Below are positions 13,401 to 28,049 of a DNA stretch of 64,000 nucleotides, piece by piece. A program made the translations under genes and the position numbers. Under the pieces are notes generated by a model. That model ran no database searches. It saw only the letters and a program-made list of their open reading frames with translations, and had not been told where the DNA came from. The stretch's first letter is position 1. The number at the start of each line of letters is the position of its first letter. Where the stretch lies: the NCBI RefSeq assembly GCF_964194025.1, contig NC_134475.1:55366001-55430000 (forward strand), in the 5' to 3' direction. This DNA is from Convolutriloba macropyga. Taxonomy: Eukaryota.

Positions 13401-16400
13401 TTAACTTAATCCCTTGCTGTGATAACCTGAATTGTTCTCACTAAACTGAACATTTTTCTTTGCGTATACGTGTTTACATTTTGAGGAAACTGTTGTAGTA
13501 TCTTCAAAAGAATTCAGTCATTTTTAGTGTTCGAAATTCCACCGATAACTTTATTGGTCTGTTTCAGTTCATCCTGATCGTAAGTTTCGATAAATGTTCA
13601 TTTTGAGGTCTTAAGGTTCGTTTGACTAAAACTCGTTCAATTGGAAACCTCCTTTTTTATGAAAGCTCATTCGTGTGATGAATAGTTTCGCTGGCTAAGA
13701 TTGGTTAAATTTGTCCATAAAACTCTTTTTTATTGTAAAAACTGCTTGTGGAAACTGAAGGTTATTATGATCTGCCCAATGGTTCAAAAATATTTAATAA
13801 AGAGGGAAACTACAAAAATGGTTAGCAAATCTGGTTCTGGAAAAAAGTTGAATTCGGCGACTGGCCTCAAAATTTCCCTGGCTTGTTTAGATTAGCAACT
13901 GGAAGATACGGCAGATATAAGATTTTGTTGGGTTCAGATTGTTGCGATCCAACTGGTATGACGTAGAGATTTTGAATATTTGCTGCAAGAGAGTGTTCAT
14001 ACAACTGCTTCAAACTGTCGTAATTACTAAGATGCTTGCCAAGGTTCTTCAGTTGACCAAGCTCTGCAAAGTTGCTGTTTTCAATTCTCACTGATTTTAC
14101 ATACTTTTCAACGTTGTGATTTATCGTCTTTTCCAGGGTGTCAAGAGCTTCTCTGCTGTTAGCATTCAAAATTTGGTTTCGTGGTTGAGTTCCTCTGTCG
14201 TCAGTTATCCAAAGTTGTTCCAATTATTCGTGTAATTGGAACAACTTTGGACCACCAACCAATTATTGGTTGGTGGTCTGAGCGTTGCCGCAACACATGC
14301 TATAAACATCTCTTCTGCAGGTGTGACTGTTTTTTATTTTCTTTTCGGTCTACAATTGGTCTATATTCTCCAGAGAGGGTCCACTCAAGATTGATCTACC
14401 GCAATTTCGGAGAAATGAATCATACGCAATTCTTTGAATGCATCGCATGGTTGGCTGATCTTAAATACACTGGCTTAAGTTACGTATATATAGGAGGTTT
14501 AATCATTTTTTTTAGAGTGGAACCGTCAATGGCTCTGAATTTTCTGACAATGGCTTCTTGTGTTCTGTGGTTCAGACACTAAGGCGTGGTAGGTTCTCGA
14601 GCTTCACAACGACGGCCAAGAAATTCTGTGGTATTGTAAAGATTGAAAGCGAATGGGCTTTCTAGGCTGAGCAGGGCTTGCGTATGAAAGCTTTATTTCA
14701 GTTTTAAAATGAGACCCGTATTAGCTGAAGTTGTTTAAAATACTCTGTGGGTTTGGAATATATGTGGAATGTAAATGTGGAACGCTGAACAATTGGTTAG
14801 AACTATTTTTCAAGTTAGTGCGTTGAATTTGACTTTGGTTCTTGTTTGTAAAGGAATGTCTGTAGCATCTGTTCTCTGATTTTGACAAAATGCCTGCGCT
14901 TGTGTGATTTCCTGATTAAGATTGCTGTTAGACTGTCTGGTTTTCCAGACAAAATTTCTTTGAACATGTTGGGTTGCTGGTAGCAATGGCAGCTGGTGAA
15001 CGCTTGGTGATTTTTTGGTTTTTGGTGATCTTGATAGGGTCATGAAGCGCTTGGTGGTGGTATCCGTTGCATGTTTGGCAGCGCTTTGTTGAAAGTCATT
15101 TTTGCTTTTTGTTTTTAATGCTCAAACAATTCTAGCAATAATCGTTTTCTAGAAAAATAAAATTGCTGGCTTCAGCTGCTTTTTTGATGATTGGGACAAA
15201 TCGCAAACGTATGTTACTTCAAAATTTTTGGAAAGGTTGCTTGGATCAATTTATCTTGATTAGGTTTGAAAAGGTGCAGCGGTTGGTGTTTTAACCGAAG
15301 TGTTTACGTTTTGCGTTGACGACTGTTTTTTGGTTGTCTGCTCTGAAGAAAAACCAGAATTCTTGAATGGTTTATTCGTCAAATTAACGAAATTGTTTTT
15401 CTACGGAGATCTTCCATTATATTCTGAAATACAACTAAGGCAGCAGGTGTCTTGTTGGACGTTATGATGTGCTCTGTCCAATTCACAATCTTCTCCTTTA
15501 GCGGAATCTTATGTTATGACGAATCTCATCTTTAGCTTTGTTCAAAAGAATTGAGATCTCTAGATCAGCTGTGTAACCTAGGTAACAGAAAACTTGTATT
15601 AAATTTTTCAAAAACAAAGCAAATGCTACAAAGTTTTGCATGTTATAGTCACTGGTTGAGCGCCAGTTTTCTAACTGATTAATGAAGGTTTTAACTACGA
15701 TAGTAGGAATCGCAAAAAAGACTTTTATTCATTCAAAGCAGTGCTATAATAGGCAGGATCACACAAATTGTCTTCGACAGCATCTTTTGCTTTGCCAGTG
15801 GGTTCGTTTAGCAAATAGGTAATAAAATATGTGTCAGTAATTCTGTTTTTGTTGTGCACAAGGCTGAAGTTATTGATGCTTTACTGGATTTTTGATGGGT
15901 TACCATTAAATTTTCGAATAGTAAGAGGTGGTAAATATATTGAATAATTACGTGCCGGAGTTTTGGAAGTAGGTTTTTTGAAAGCTGTAAACTTGAGTTT
16001 GATTGAAGGGATATACATAATTGATATGTATTATGAAGTTGATGCTTGGGGTTGCTTTATACTAACGTATTTTTTTGTTTTAAAACGTTTTTTTATTGAA
16101 GGTGCAACAGGAGCATTTGCAGACACTATGTTCAATTTGCGTATTGTTGAACATACAATGGGTTTTTAGGGCAATTTTGACGCTTTGAATTTGGGATTGT
16201 TTCTCAAATAGAGTCGAATTTCCAGGTAAAAGATTGTTTTCTGATGTTCTCAATTGCTCTGGTTTTTGCAAATGTTGTGAAGTTATGTTAAAAACGTGAA
16301 CAAATTTTGCGCTTTCACATGGTTTCTTAGAGAAAAAATACAATTTCTCTACTCGCAAGTTACTCCATTTAAACGGAGGTTTAATTTATTCAATTGAAAA

Positions 16401-16750
16401 CGAATTGTTTTCAAGTTTTCTTGTCTGTAATTTGTGACGCGACTGAGGTCTGTCTGTCAAAGCGTTCCCGTTTCTTAACAGTATGAAAAAAGTATACCCC
16501 CGGTTGAAATGATTGAGTTTGAATCTGTTCCTTTGCAACAGTTTGAAAAACATCAGAGTTCTTTTTTTTTACTGTATCTGTTGATCAAAAAGGGCTGAGG
16601 CAAGTGGAATTGAGAGTAACTTAGCAGAATCTCAAAAATAAGTGGCTTAATTGCTTCATTACTTGCACTAGGTTGCTGCCGATAGACTGGCGATTGATGG
16701 TCGACTGGTCGATTCTGATTTTGTAAAGATTTTTTGTTTAATTCATTGAC
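10500..16750 (-). mobile_element. Heavily decayed BEL/Pao LTR-retrotransposon internal region (gag-PR-RT-RH-IN)
   Basis: Minus-strand remnants occur in BEL order: Gag knuckle CQTCNGYHHQALH (~15041-15080); RT-proximal EQLW..G..ALDTLEKTI..Y..YLPYLPVANLNKPGK (13867-14223); PDLL, SFMDKF (degenerate YMDD), KGGFQL and YTQRKMFSLV (13440-13850); LHIF (~13230); integrase KTRGLFCCFDTIIAVVL, resembling KRWG.LFTC..TRAVHLE (~11075-11122). Many stops and frameshifts; LTRs not found; boundaries approximate. Confidence 0.8.
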
Positions 16751-16754
16751 TCCT

Positions 16755-17002
16755 NNNNNNNNNNNNNNNNNNNNNNNNNNNNNNNNNNNNNNNNNNNNNN
16801 NNNNNNNNNNNNNNNNNNNNNNNNNNNNNNNNNNNNNNNNNNNNNNNNNNNNNNNNNNNNNNNNNNNNNNNNNNNNNNNNNNNNNNNNNNNNNNNNNNNN
16901 NNNNNNNNNNNNNNNNNNNNNNNNNNNNNNNNNNNNNNNNNNNNNNNNNNNNNNNNNNNNNNNNNNNNNNNNNNNNNNNNNNNNNNNNNNNNNNNNNNNN
17001 NN
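16755..17002. other. Assembly gap (248 N)
   Basis: N run. Confidence 1.
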
Positions 17003-20000
17003 GTGTAGTTCTCATTCTAATAGATTGGGCATTCCTGTATTAGTCTTTAAAAAGCTGTGACAACATTGGTCGGTCATTGCAATCTTCAGAAAAAAATAAG
17101 GAAGATTTTCTGGGTCTTTTCGGAATTTTTTGTTGAAAAAAGTTGAACGTTCTGGATTGCTTGCTTCATCAATCCTCAAAGATGGTGACCGCCTTCAGGA
17201 TTTTAAATACCTGGCAGTTGAAAGGACGTCATCGCACGCCATTTTTGAAGATTGTCTAAATACTCTCTCGTCATCCAGGCTGTCGATGTCGTTTTATAAT
17301 TCTATATGCGCAAGAGAAAATTAAAGAATAGTTCCGTGACGTAAGAAAATGCTACTGAAACTGGGATTACGGGACTATCCTTTAATAGAGCAACCAATGT
17401 TGTTTTCAGCCCATTGACTGTTGTTTTTGGTTGTTTTATTAAAAGTTGAGGTTTCTGAAACTCTTGCGCTCATCGATTGTTGATTGTAGAAGATCCAATT
17501 TGATTTTTAAACTCAGTTCTATAATTTTGAATTTGTTCCACGCATACTGACAATTCCACCTTTTCTTCTCTGACATCTTTCTCTTCTTAGTCTTTCCGTG
17601 CTAAAAGGTAAAAAAGAACAGCTTCATGAATAGTTCTTCTGCAAGTTTTAATTGTGTTGAATCACAATAAATTTACGGGAACAACTAAACTTAAGGAGAT
17701 TTTTTTGTGTTTGTTAATTCTTGTGAAATATTTAAACCTAAAGACTCAAACAAATTGTGTCTAACTAACTCTGCTGAAATATTCTGGTTTTCCAAGTGCG
17801 CTGCGACGAGGCTACATGGAATACAGACACACAGTTAACACTGATTACCTAAATGCTGGCGCTATTTCGAAACCCTTGTTCAAAGAGATATCTTTATTTA
17901 AAAAAATTTTGAAATTAAAGACGACTACTGCCGTGCAACTACTTCTCTTTGCTTTTAGTTAAGTGTTTACACGTATGATTTGCCTACTTTCATTTTGGTG
18001 ACTACTGAGACCAAGAAAATAGCTTTCTCTTCCATTAGTGACTACTGAGACAAAAGGTGGATTAGGGAGTTCTTTGCGCAATTTCTTAGAGCGTTTTTAT
18101 TTGAAAGAAAATTGAGCGTTGTCTAATCACAGAAATGACCAAGGTAGTGAATAGTTTTCAGGGGAAGATGTCAACGTTTTGCACTTCTTCTTGCTCAATC
18201 GTTCTGCTTTTATAATTTGTTTTTTTTTTTGTTCAGTGCGTTCTATCCCAATTACTAACCAAGCGGCTCCTAATATGCGCTAACCTAAACAAAAGAGTCA
18301 GATTTTAATCATTTTTTGTCTCAGTTGTAAATTCTACCACATTAACTAAGCTAGCTGCTAGCGTAATGCAACAAAATTTTTTTTCAAAGGAAAAGTGGAT
18401 ATGTCTTCTCCAGTGTATATTTTGATTCGATGAGACGAACTTCGACTGAAGTTTTGTGAAAAGCACTTATGATGAATTATCTTAAAGTAAAAAATTAGAA
18501 ATCAAATGTTGGTTTTGTTCACAATTGAACTTTTCTGTCGTCAAGATAAGAGAAGTTTCCTTGAAATTTCTGATCGATACAACGGTTTGATTTTTTTGCA
18601 ATTTTCAACTTCCTTAAAAATCAGTCGCACCTTTTTTCTAAAAAGAATATAAGCTTTTCAGTAATATGCAGAGAAGTTGAAATAAATAAATTGTTTGATT
18701 CAGCGTCGACTTAATTGTCTCAAAGATCAGAAAGTGATTGAATATTGAATTTTTTGATCTGTAAAAGTTACACTTTTTTCAATTTTTCTGCTTTTAAAAT
18801 CCGAAAATTTGGAGTTTAAAACTGTTTTTGAAACAGTAAACTAAAAGTCTCTTTGTTAGTACAAAAGAAAATCAATTCCATGGTTTGATATGTAAGCACC
18901 TAAATCAGAAAACAATTGATGCTTTTACAGATAATTTTTTTGCACTATTTTGCACATCGAGAAACAAATGTTACATAAATGTAGCAGTGTAGCAGTGGTT
19001 TAAAATTATTTTGCAACTAGTGGGGAGCTTAATCTAATAGTTGGATTTTTAAATGCCGGAGTTTTTCGCCGAAAAGTTTTGAAATTCTGTTTTGATTTTA
19101 ACGATCTGAAAATAGTTTCTTGCGTTATTTTGCACTTCGAGAACCAACTGTGAAACAAGGTTAGCAATAGTGTTATAATATGAGAAATGCCAGTGGGGCA
19201 CAATTTCAGAATACGTTAATATCTTTTAACGATCGAACCTGTTTTTTTGCGTTTTTCTCTTATGCGCTTTTTAGTGATCACTTTTCGCCAAACTCTGTTT
19301 GTCATACAAACTGGTTCAAAATTGGTACCAAAAAATTTTGTTGGACAAATTTCGGTTTTTGAGACTTTTTGTCTGGAAAAATCAGATCTAATCGGGAGAA
19401 GAACTACAGAGGTGACGTCCGGCGAACTTTTGCTGTTGACGTCTAAAATCCCGAAAAAGTCTAGCTTTCTGGGTTTGGCGACATCTTAAGCCCTTGAAAT
19501 TCGCACTAGTTTTCCTGCTGGAAGGCAATTTCCTGTTGGTTTTCTTGCTGCCGGGCAACTTCGTGTTGATTTGCTTGCTGGGAAAAACGTGGTACTGTTG
19601 TCTGTATCTCGTGTGCTGGTACCCTCTTTGTTTAAAAAAAATCGTTTCAGATGGTAGGTTTTTTTCTTTCATGGGGGTACTAGTTGCGACTGCTTGATAA
19701 TTTTTTTGAGAAAGCGTGAATTCTATAGTTTTGGGTTCTTTAACCATCATTTTGATTTCTTGTCTTGGATTCCCAAGATCATTGGGAGCGGGTAGCAAGA
19801 AGCCCACCGAAATTTGTTCCTTGATATAGGAAACAAAAGTTTTGCTTTAAAACTTCTCTAAGCGTCAAAGTTTATTATATAGTGGAAAAGGGCTTCTCAA
19901 TGTTTAAAAGGTGGTTCTTTGAAAATTGTGTTATCAGTTGGCCAGTAAAAATAATTTTCTAAAAATTAGTTTGCAGAATGACTGAATAAGTTTTTTTGGA

Positions 20001-21749
20001 AAAACTTTGATCTCGATTGATTTCTTTCGTTTCTTATTTTTCTGATGCTTTTATTCGTAGGTTTTGATTTCTTGTGTTTGTTTTTTCCTTGTTTGTTGTT
20101 TACTTTGATCTCCATTGATTTCTTTTGTTTGTCAGAAGCAGTTACATTACTTCTGAGAGCTATTTTGCAGTTATCATCAGGAATAAGTCCTCTATCGTTG
20201 ATCGCCAGAAAAAATTGGTAAATTGAAAATTGGTTGATGAAAAGCTTAATAAGCTAGCGTGTGGGTTATTAAGCAAAGTTCTTGCTGATATTTCTTCCTA
20301 CTTTTGAACTAGAGGCTTTAATTCAATAATTTAGTTCATCTCACTATTTATAATTCACTTGCCATCATATCATTTTTCGCATAAAGACTGTTGAATTTTT
20401 GGTTTTAATTTAAGGAATCCGAGTCCAATTCATCAAAAAGGAAATAAGGAAATCCAATATCTTGAGTGAACTTGGAGTTATATAACTGAGATGAAATGAA
20501 TCATTTACGTGTCGTTGTCCCAAAAATTCTTATCGCACTTATTTTTTGTCGCACTTTCGAGCCAGAATTCCATTTTTCCAAAAAAAGTCTCACAAACTAT
20601 TATAAGGATTTCGTTAGGCTCATAAAAGTGAGTCTGAAGGCTTCTGCTTGATTTCAAAATTTTAGGCAAAACCAGCATATGGACCAGAACTTCCTAAATG
20701 CGCGCTTTCAGCGGCAGCATTTCTACTCGGGTCATGTTAACTTTACCTGCGTACAAGATTAGCATCAAATTTGTTCTGACGTCTTGATTAGCCAGCGAGT
20801 TTTTTCTCTGATCATATTCTCACGATTTTGATGGTCTCTTTTCTTTGATTATTGCCCCTTGATAATTGAAACATCAACGGGTGCAGCCAAATGATTTTGC
20901 GCAGATTCTATCAACTTTTTTCTACCACCTCACCCCAGGATGTGTTACATTACCAGGCAAAATGCAACACTGCCCCCTGAAAGTTGCCAATTGTACCCAA
21001 TTAAGCGTGTGCTGTATGGAACCGAAAATCTTGAAAACTCGATCCAGCGCGCCAGAACCTTATGTAACATCTCCTTTTATTTTCTCTATCGTTTATTTCG
21101 TCCCTATATACTTTTGGTACACATTGATTTACTTTTCAGGGGGGAGGAGAAAGCGAAAACATTAGCATCTTATTTTATGAACAACATTAGTCAAATATTG
21201 CTGTCGCCGATAATACGTTACTTACTGAGCCATGACAGATCTTCGGATTTTATTTGATAACATGGCATATCATCTATAGTTTTACCACCTATTTTTTCAT
21301 ATGTATGTCAGGAACATTGGCCTACAGCGCGTGTAGCCGACCAAAGAATAATGAAAAATTTAACCGACTCGAGTTAATTCTGATTGGTTGACAAATCTAT
21401 TTGGTCAAACTATCGCTAGTTCGTCCTAACATTCAATTTAAGAGCGGCCCTGCTGACGGCTTAATTTGTTAATTTTTGGTTGTCGGCTAACGACCAATGT
21501 CGGACAATTCGACGATCATATTGTTCATGGTCCACCAATTGTTAACACTTGTCTCTTCATGCGTGGCTATATCCGATCTCTTTCAACTTTTGCACCAACA
21601 ACAGCTGTGTTTCAAGAGCGGTCAATTTCAATTTCATTATAAGTTACAACTAGAGTCGATTAAAATTATTGTTAACTGCCCGGGATGAACAGCATATAGT
21701 TTTTTTTTAATTTAAAATTCATACCAAGGCCTATATTATTATTATTTGG

Positions 21750-21900
21750 GTCTTCCCCATTGTAGCCCCTCCCCCCCCCCCCCCCACGAAATTATAGCCC
21801 CCCATTATGGTATAATTACCATGATTGAGGGGGGAGGGATATAGGTTATATGACCACTAAGCTGGGGGTGGGGGGGGGGGGGGGTGGTAATGGGAAAGGT
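21750..21900. repeat. Imperfect palindrome with poly-C and poly-G arms (foldback/MITE-like)
   Basis: TTCCCCATT..C-run..AC pairs with GT..G-run..AATGGGAA; an internal palindrome ATGGTATAATTACCAT lies at ~21806-21822. Confidence 0.6.
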
Positions 21901-23033
21901 CATTATAATTCATATACTAACTATTATTAATCATTGTAGAGTCGGACATGGTTAGCATTTAAGTTACCCTACTAAAAAAAATTACGAAACTAGTCAAAAT
22001 CCGGGATGGACCTCTTTATTAAACATGAAAGTGTCGTATATGGATTAAAGGAAACAGATCAAAAATTTTCATCTTTGTTTCCTCAGCAGGTGAGCTTGGA
22101 TATTTCAAATAATACGAACTTACTAGGCTGAATCAATGCAAAAATGGGTGCATTTTATGCGGTAACAAACTTGATTTTTATATGGTTATTGAAAGTATTC
22201 ACTCGGGTTTGGCTGTTTGTAAGACGAGTCACTAAATCTGTTCTATTTTTCTGACCATCAATATCGACAAAAAATATACAGCCCGGCTACCTTGTTGAAA
22301 ACCAGGATAGGATTTTTCGTAAACTTTGGTCTTTTCATTGTTAGAGGAAACATATTATCATAAGTTCGCATTTTAAATGTTTTAATTTTTTTTTTTGCTT
22401 TTGCACATGCTGGAGCAGCTACTTTGTAGCGCTAAAAAATACCACAGGCGGGCAATCCAACTTAACAGATTTTTGTGAAAATGCTAAAAGCCTAAATAAT
22501 ATTCGCTGTTATAGAAAAATTATTTATTGGAACTGGGCAGCAATGCCGTATTACTTGGTTTATTAAAACTGCAACAACAATTTGTTGAAACAAAACTTAG
22601 TCCACAATCATCAGAAAGAAGTCAATGAGGAGTTTTTATTTAACTTCATTACTGAAAAAAAAAACATCAGAAATTTTTTTCACTGTGAGTTCATCAAAAT
22701 TGAATAAAGTAAGTTCGCAACGTCATTCAAATAATTGAATTTGAGAAACGTATGTTAACAATTCGAGTAAAAAAAGCAGACTAAGGAAGGGCGATAAGTC
22801 AATGATATGTTTTCACACAACTGAAGAATTAATTAACGATAAACTGGATGTTTTCTTTTATATTCTTCGGTGCACAAAAATCAAGCAGAAAATCAATAAT
22901 TAACTTGTTAGTTCACCAAAAGTCCAACTTAAGAGAACTGGATCAAGTTTATGTCGAGTGAAAAACTTTGCTTGAGCTGGAGTGCAATATATTTGACAGA
23001 ACGAAGCTTCAGTTTTTCATTTAGATTGCGAGT

Positions 23034-23461
23034 TGCAATACCTTAGTCCGTAAGATATGTAATTGAAGAGCGAATGCCTGTCTAAAATTTGCTACTGGAT
23101 TCGAGGCGCGAATCCAATATAATTTAAGTAGCTTCAACTTACAGCTTTAAAGATTTTTGTGGAATAGTGTAACGATTCCAGTTCTATTCTCTAGTTAGGG
23201 AATGCTGACGCCATTCCACTGACAAACAAATCTCAATCCAAAACAAGGGTGATTGACACGCAACTGAATTTGTGAATAAACTGACGAAAATCGAATTTAG
23301 TAGGAACAACAAAAGTGGGACGCATGAACATATATGAACACTTGACTTTTTAGTGGGCGGTAAAATTATCTCAATGAATAACGAAAAGTTAACGGATGGA
23401 CGGAATGGTTTATGAGAAGTAAAAACGTAGTACTTCAATCATCTGATATGTATATATCACA
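23034..23461 (-). repeat. 3' LTR of the old Gypsy element
   Basis: TGCAATACC...TATCACA termini; direct repeat of 29026-29422. Confidence 0.88.
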
Positions 23462-24949
23462 TATCCGTGACTTCGACAAAATTTGAAATCAACAAGTTAT
23501 CAAATTTTGAAAAACAACCAACATTTTTACTGGTTAATATAAATAAAAAGATACAAAGGGTAATTATAACAATTGTACTGAATATAAACAATAACAAACT
23601 TGTTTGGAAAAGCAGTGCTTTTCCAAGTTTTAAAATAAAGTGCCTATGAACGACATGTACAGAATAAGTTGACCAAAAATTTCAAGTTGAAACAGGAGAA
23701 GTGAAACGAATGTAGTGGTGTTAATGAAACTAACAACCGATTAACGTTAACATGATAAAAAGAATTAAAATTGAGGTCATATAACGGCAAAAGTACCACA
23801 AATGAGTAGCAGATTAAACAGAGACAAATAAATTAAAAATGCTTGAAAATAAATTTAAATTGACAAACTGAAATAGAATTGTTTGTAGAATGTTTTGAAA
23901 ATGTTTTAAATTTGATTCTGTGCATCAAAGACACCCATGCTGGCCTCTCGCTCATACTCAGCATTGTCATACTCGTAGTACGGAGGGAAGTTTGTAAGTG
24001 GTCGGACTCGCGGATCAGGTGGACTAACTACTGGAAACTCGAAATAAGCTTCTACCAATGGAGTTTGTGAAGACTCCTCTTGTATTACTCCATCGATGAC
24101 AAGATTAGTTGTCCGTGGTCATTTCGGAAGTGGTGCAGTTTCTTGATTACTCACTGAACAAACGGAACTTCCGAAACCGTACTAGTCCGGAGCTCGACGA
24201 TTGCGTTTTCCTTTCGATGTTGCGGGGCTTGAAGTGGATTATGCTGCCGAAGTATTGGCAGTTGCCGAAGGTTTGCGGCTGGGACTTGTGGAAGGCTGAG
24301 GCTTAGCAGGTTTCCTTGTACTCATAGTTTTAGAGATTTTGATATTAGCCGAGGACACTTCCGAAGTAATATCCGACTGTCGATGGCTAATCTTTATATC
24401 GCCCCGGTAATTCTTTTTCAATTCCTTCGAATTGAAGACAATTTTTTACTCCGTAGTTTTATCGTACGGGAGGGGGCGTCTTAATGCGCCTTGACAAAAT
24501 CCGTATTTGTTTGGGCCTTTGTTTCGAACTTGGCAATGTTGATGGTCCGTGCTTTAACCTCGGGAACACCGGGCTCTTTGATAACTGTTGTTTAGTGTGA
24601 AATACGGACAACGGTACTCCCATGGCCAACGCGTTCCTCAAGCCTCTGAGGACTCTTTGGATCTTTTGGTTACTTTCCTTGCATATTTGAGTTCAAGAAA
24701 AGTTTCTGATCTTGGTAGAGGATTTGTGAGTTTCGGTTGGAGTATGAAGCGAGACACAGATTTGTTCTTTTCGCTATTGTATCTCCGACCCGCATCCACT
24801 TGGGTTTTGTTCAAAGCTTATTCTATGATTATGTCGCTTCTCTCGCCCGTCACTCATCCGTTATCATTGAGGTAATCCGCGACCGTGACCGAATCGGCAT
24901 CTAAATATTGATTTAAAATGTTTTCATATGAGTGATTTGGAGAATTGTG

Positions 24950-27900
24950 GACTAAATTTTGCATTTGCTTTCCTTCAAAGTCTGCTTGGAAAGTTGTTAC
25001 ATTTGTTGTCGTTTATTTGCATATACCTAATTGATATAGTTTTCACTTCACTGAACCTTTAATTGTGAATTTTTTAATTATATTGGCCAATTTCCTGCAG
25101 TTAAGTCCTCGTTTAATTATTTGTATCAAACGCTCTACTAATCCAATAGCTCTGTGATCGTTTGCAGGTGCTGTGACAATGAAAATATTTTTTGTTTACA
25201 GAAATTTTTAAAACTTTACTTCCGAGGAAGCGCGCTTGATCCAGTCTAATATTTTCGGGAACTCCAAGTATTTGATTTTAGTCATCTAAGAATTTTAATG
25301 CATCAGGTCCATTTGTTTTTTTTCAAATATTTCTATGGTTGGTATTTGGAAAAACGATCAATGCATACAAGAAAAGGTATATCTTGATCTTCTTCACTTG
25401 TAATTGTTCAATCAAAGTCTATTTAAATTTCTTTATTAGGTTCAGAACAGCTTTAATGAGAAAGCCTTTTCAACGCAAGAATTATTGGTTTAGGGTTCTT
25501 ACCAATTTTTGTAAACGGTTTGCACTTTGCAGCCTTATTCAATATATTGCGATGCATATACGGCCATAATGCATACTGGACCAGAGTTATCTTTCCCCAG
25601 ATTCCTGGATGTGTTAGATGCAGGGACTCTAGTACTGCATCTTGATTTCAATTGGGTACTGCTACCGTTTGTCAACAGACAGAACCTGATCTGACGTAGA
25701 GGTCGCTCCAGAAGGAGTTTGGGTAGGGATTCACGTCCTTACATCTCTGCGCGTCTCCTTGTAATATGCAATCGCGTACCTCTTTCAATACGGCGTTCAT
25801 ACTTGTTAAGACAGCCGAGAATCCCTTGGTGAAAATTTATCTTAGTTTCTTCTCGAACACCTCTTCTTTGGAAAGTTCGAGATTAGGTGTTGTGGGACCT
25901 TCGTTCGACGACCTCGTTGAGTTTACTCCTGAATTTGTTGTGGACTGGAAAATTACTTGTCCATTTGTAGCTGCAGAGGGAGTTTGTGGAGATGTATTCG
26001 GTGCACTCATGTTTGAACTGTTTGTAGTTTGGATTTGTGTTGCGTTTTTAGTAGTAGTAGAACTGATTCGTGCGAGTATATAAGGCAGGAAAGAAATTGG
26101 AAAGGTTTGTTTGTTGAGCATTTGAGGCACGCGTGGAATATGTGTGAATTACTGTGTTAAACTGCTGTGATTGACAGTTTTTTTGTTGTGGATTTTATAT
26201 AAATTGCTGCAATCCCGTCACGATTGCAGGTAATTGTCGCAACCTCAAATTCCTCATTATATTTGTTTTTAATTTTCGCTTTTAGATTCGGTTGGCGATA
26301 AATGTAATCCACCAGTCCCATTTGAGCGTCTGGTATATGTTCAATGTTAATATAAAAGGGCAATAATCGATCTACCCAACGGGTTAGTCAGATTTTGTTA
26401 GGTTTGTTGGATCTATGTTCCTTCATGATTGATAATAACGCTCTTTGATCAGTGATGATAGTTAATGATTTTCCAAACAAAAAAACATTAAATTATTCGA
26501 CAGAACACACCACTTTTGATAATTCTAGTTCGTTCACACTCTACCGTTCCCCGAATGATTTGAGGAATTGGTACGCAAATGCAAATGTATGGCATCCTGT
26601 CGGTGAACACTGTTCTAATGCAGCCCCTAAGCCAGCTGTAGAAGTATCGCAATTGATTCGGGTTTTGCAAGTGTGGATTAAAATGTGCATTTTCTGTAGC
26701 GCTTGCTACTCTGCCTTTTATGTGTTGGAACCGTGTTTTAAGTTCGTTATTCCAGTTGAATTTAGTGTTTTGTTTAAGGAGTGGTCAGATTCGGTGACAT
26801 AATCGAGAAAATTTGGGAACGAATTTACCTAAGTAGTGGACAGATCCTAAAAATAAACGTAGTTGTTTCAAATTTTTGGGTGCTGTTAACCTTGAGGTGG
26901 CTGATGTTTTAGTCTCAAGTGGTGCAACTCCAGATTGACTAAATTTATATCCCAACCGGTCTATTTCCCATTAAGCGAAGTGGCACTTAGGCTAATTTTT
27001 TCAAGCATTCATAGACTGACTTTATATGGTCTTTCTTTGATCCTTGACTAACAATGATAATATCGTCTAAAAACAATGAGTATTGTTAAATCCGAATATA
27101 GTGTAATCCATTATTTTTTGGAATGCCACAGCCATATCAGTGAGGTTATAAAATTCCGTAATAAAACGATATGTGCCGGTGCTTTCACAACTAACAAATT
27201 TAAAGTTACAATGGCGAGAGGTTTTCGGGTCTAAGCTTCATTGGCTGTATGCGTACTTCAAATCCAGTGTTGAAAAGTATGTAGTTTCAATTGATGCGTT
27301 TGTATTTAATTTTTGTCGTATCGTGTCAATTAAATTATCAATACTAGGCATTTGATATGTATTCTTGTGTATTAATTTATTCAGTATTTTTGAATCTAGT
27401 GCAAACTTAAACAAATTTATCTCTTTTAACAGTTATAGCAATTGGATATATGAACTTTGTCGGAGCAACTATTCAATTTTAATATCTTTTTCATCTAACA
27501 GTTTTTTAAGTTCAGCGTTTACTAAGGGTTGAGGATTTATAAGGACTCGTCTTCGTTTTTGATGCGTTAGTGCGAAATTTTTATGATATTTAGGTTTAAC
27601 TGTGTGTATGAGAGATTTATCATTTCTGGAGATGTGACCTGGAAAATCAAGGGCTATTTGTTTTTCTTGACTGATCATTGATTTTGATCGAAGTTTAATA
27701 ATTATTTTGATTGTGCTGAAGAGAATCAGGGTTGTGGGAAAAGATCTCGGCTATTTATAGGTCTCTGACCATCTTCTATGACGGTAAAGTTCACAATTGT
27801 TGCTAATCAATCGTTACAATCCACTGTAGTATTGATAACACCAATTGTCCTGATTAACTCATTGGTGAATGTCTTGAGTTCGTGGAAATAGGTTGTTTGT

Positions 27901-28030
27901 GTCCAGTAGCTTTCTTAACTATCCAATACCACCACGTTTGCTAGACTTTTTTTTATTATAGTGCAAATGCTCCCCAAATCCGTTAAAGCTTTTGCTTCAG
28001 TGTTTCCAAGTTGAATGACTTCGGTTCTAT
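24950..28030 (-). pseudogene. Gypsy pol pseudogene (PR, RT, RNase H, integrase)
   Basis: ALTDLGS protease remnant (~27975). RT motifs RRVL..PLVNAELKKL, KFALDSKILNK..HKNTYQMPSID, YFSTLDLKYAYSQ (27241-27280) and FLDDIIIV (~27050-27073). RNase H motifs CDTS.AGLGAALEQ, ITDQRALLS and RWVDRLLPF..IEHIP..MGLVDY. Integrase motifs HLTHPG and APANDHRAIGLVERLIQ (~25120-25170). Confidence 0.9.
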
Positions 28031-28049
28031 TTGGTTTTTTGTCTTGCGA

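Noticed and set aside
16734-17060. ORFs spanning N runs (also 50305-50598)
   Set aside because: Artefacts of assembly gaps.
19388-19807. 139-aa minus-strand ORF with a short ~30-bp internal repeat
   Set aside because: No recognisable domain or splice support; possibly a transposon relic, but not assignable.
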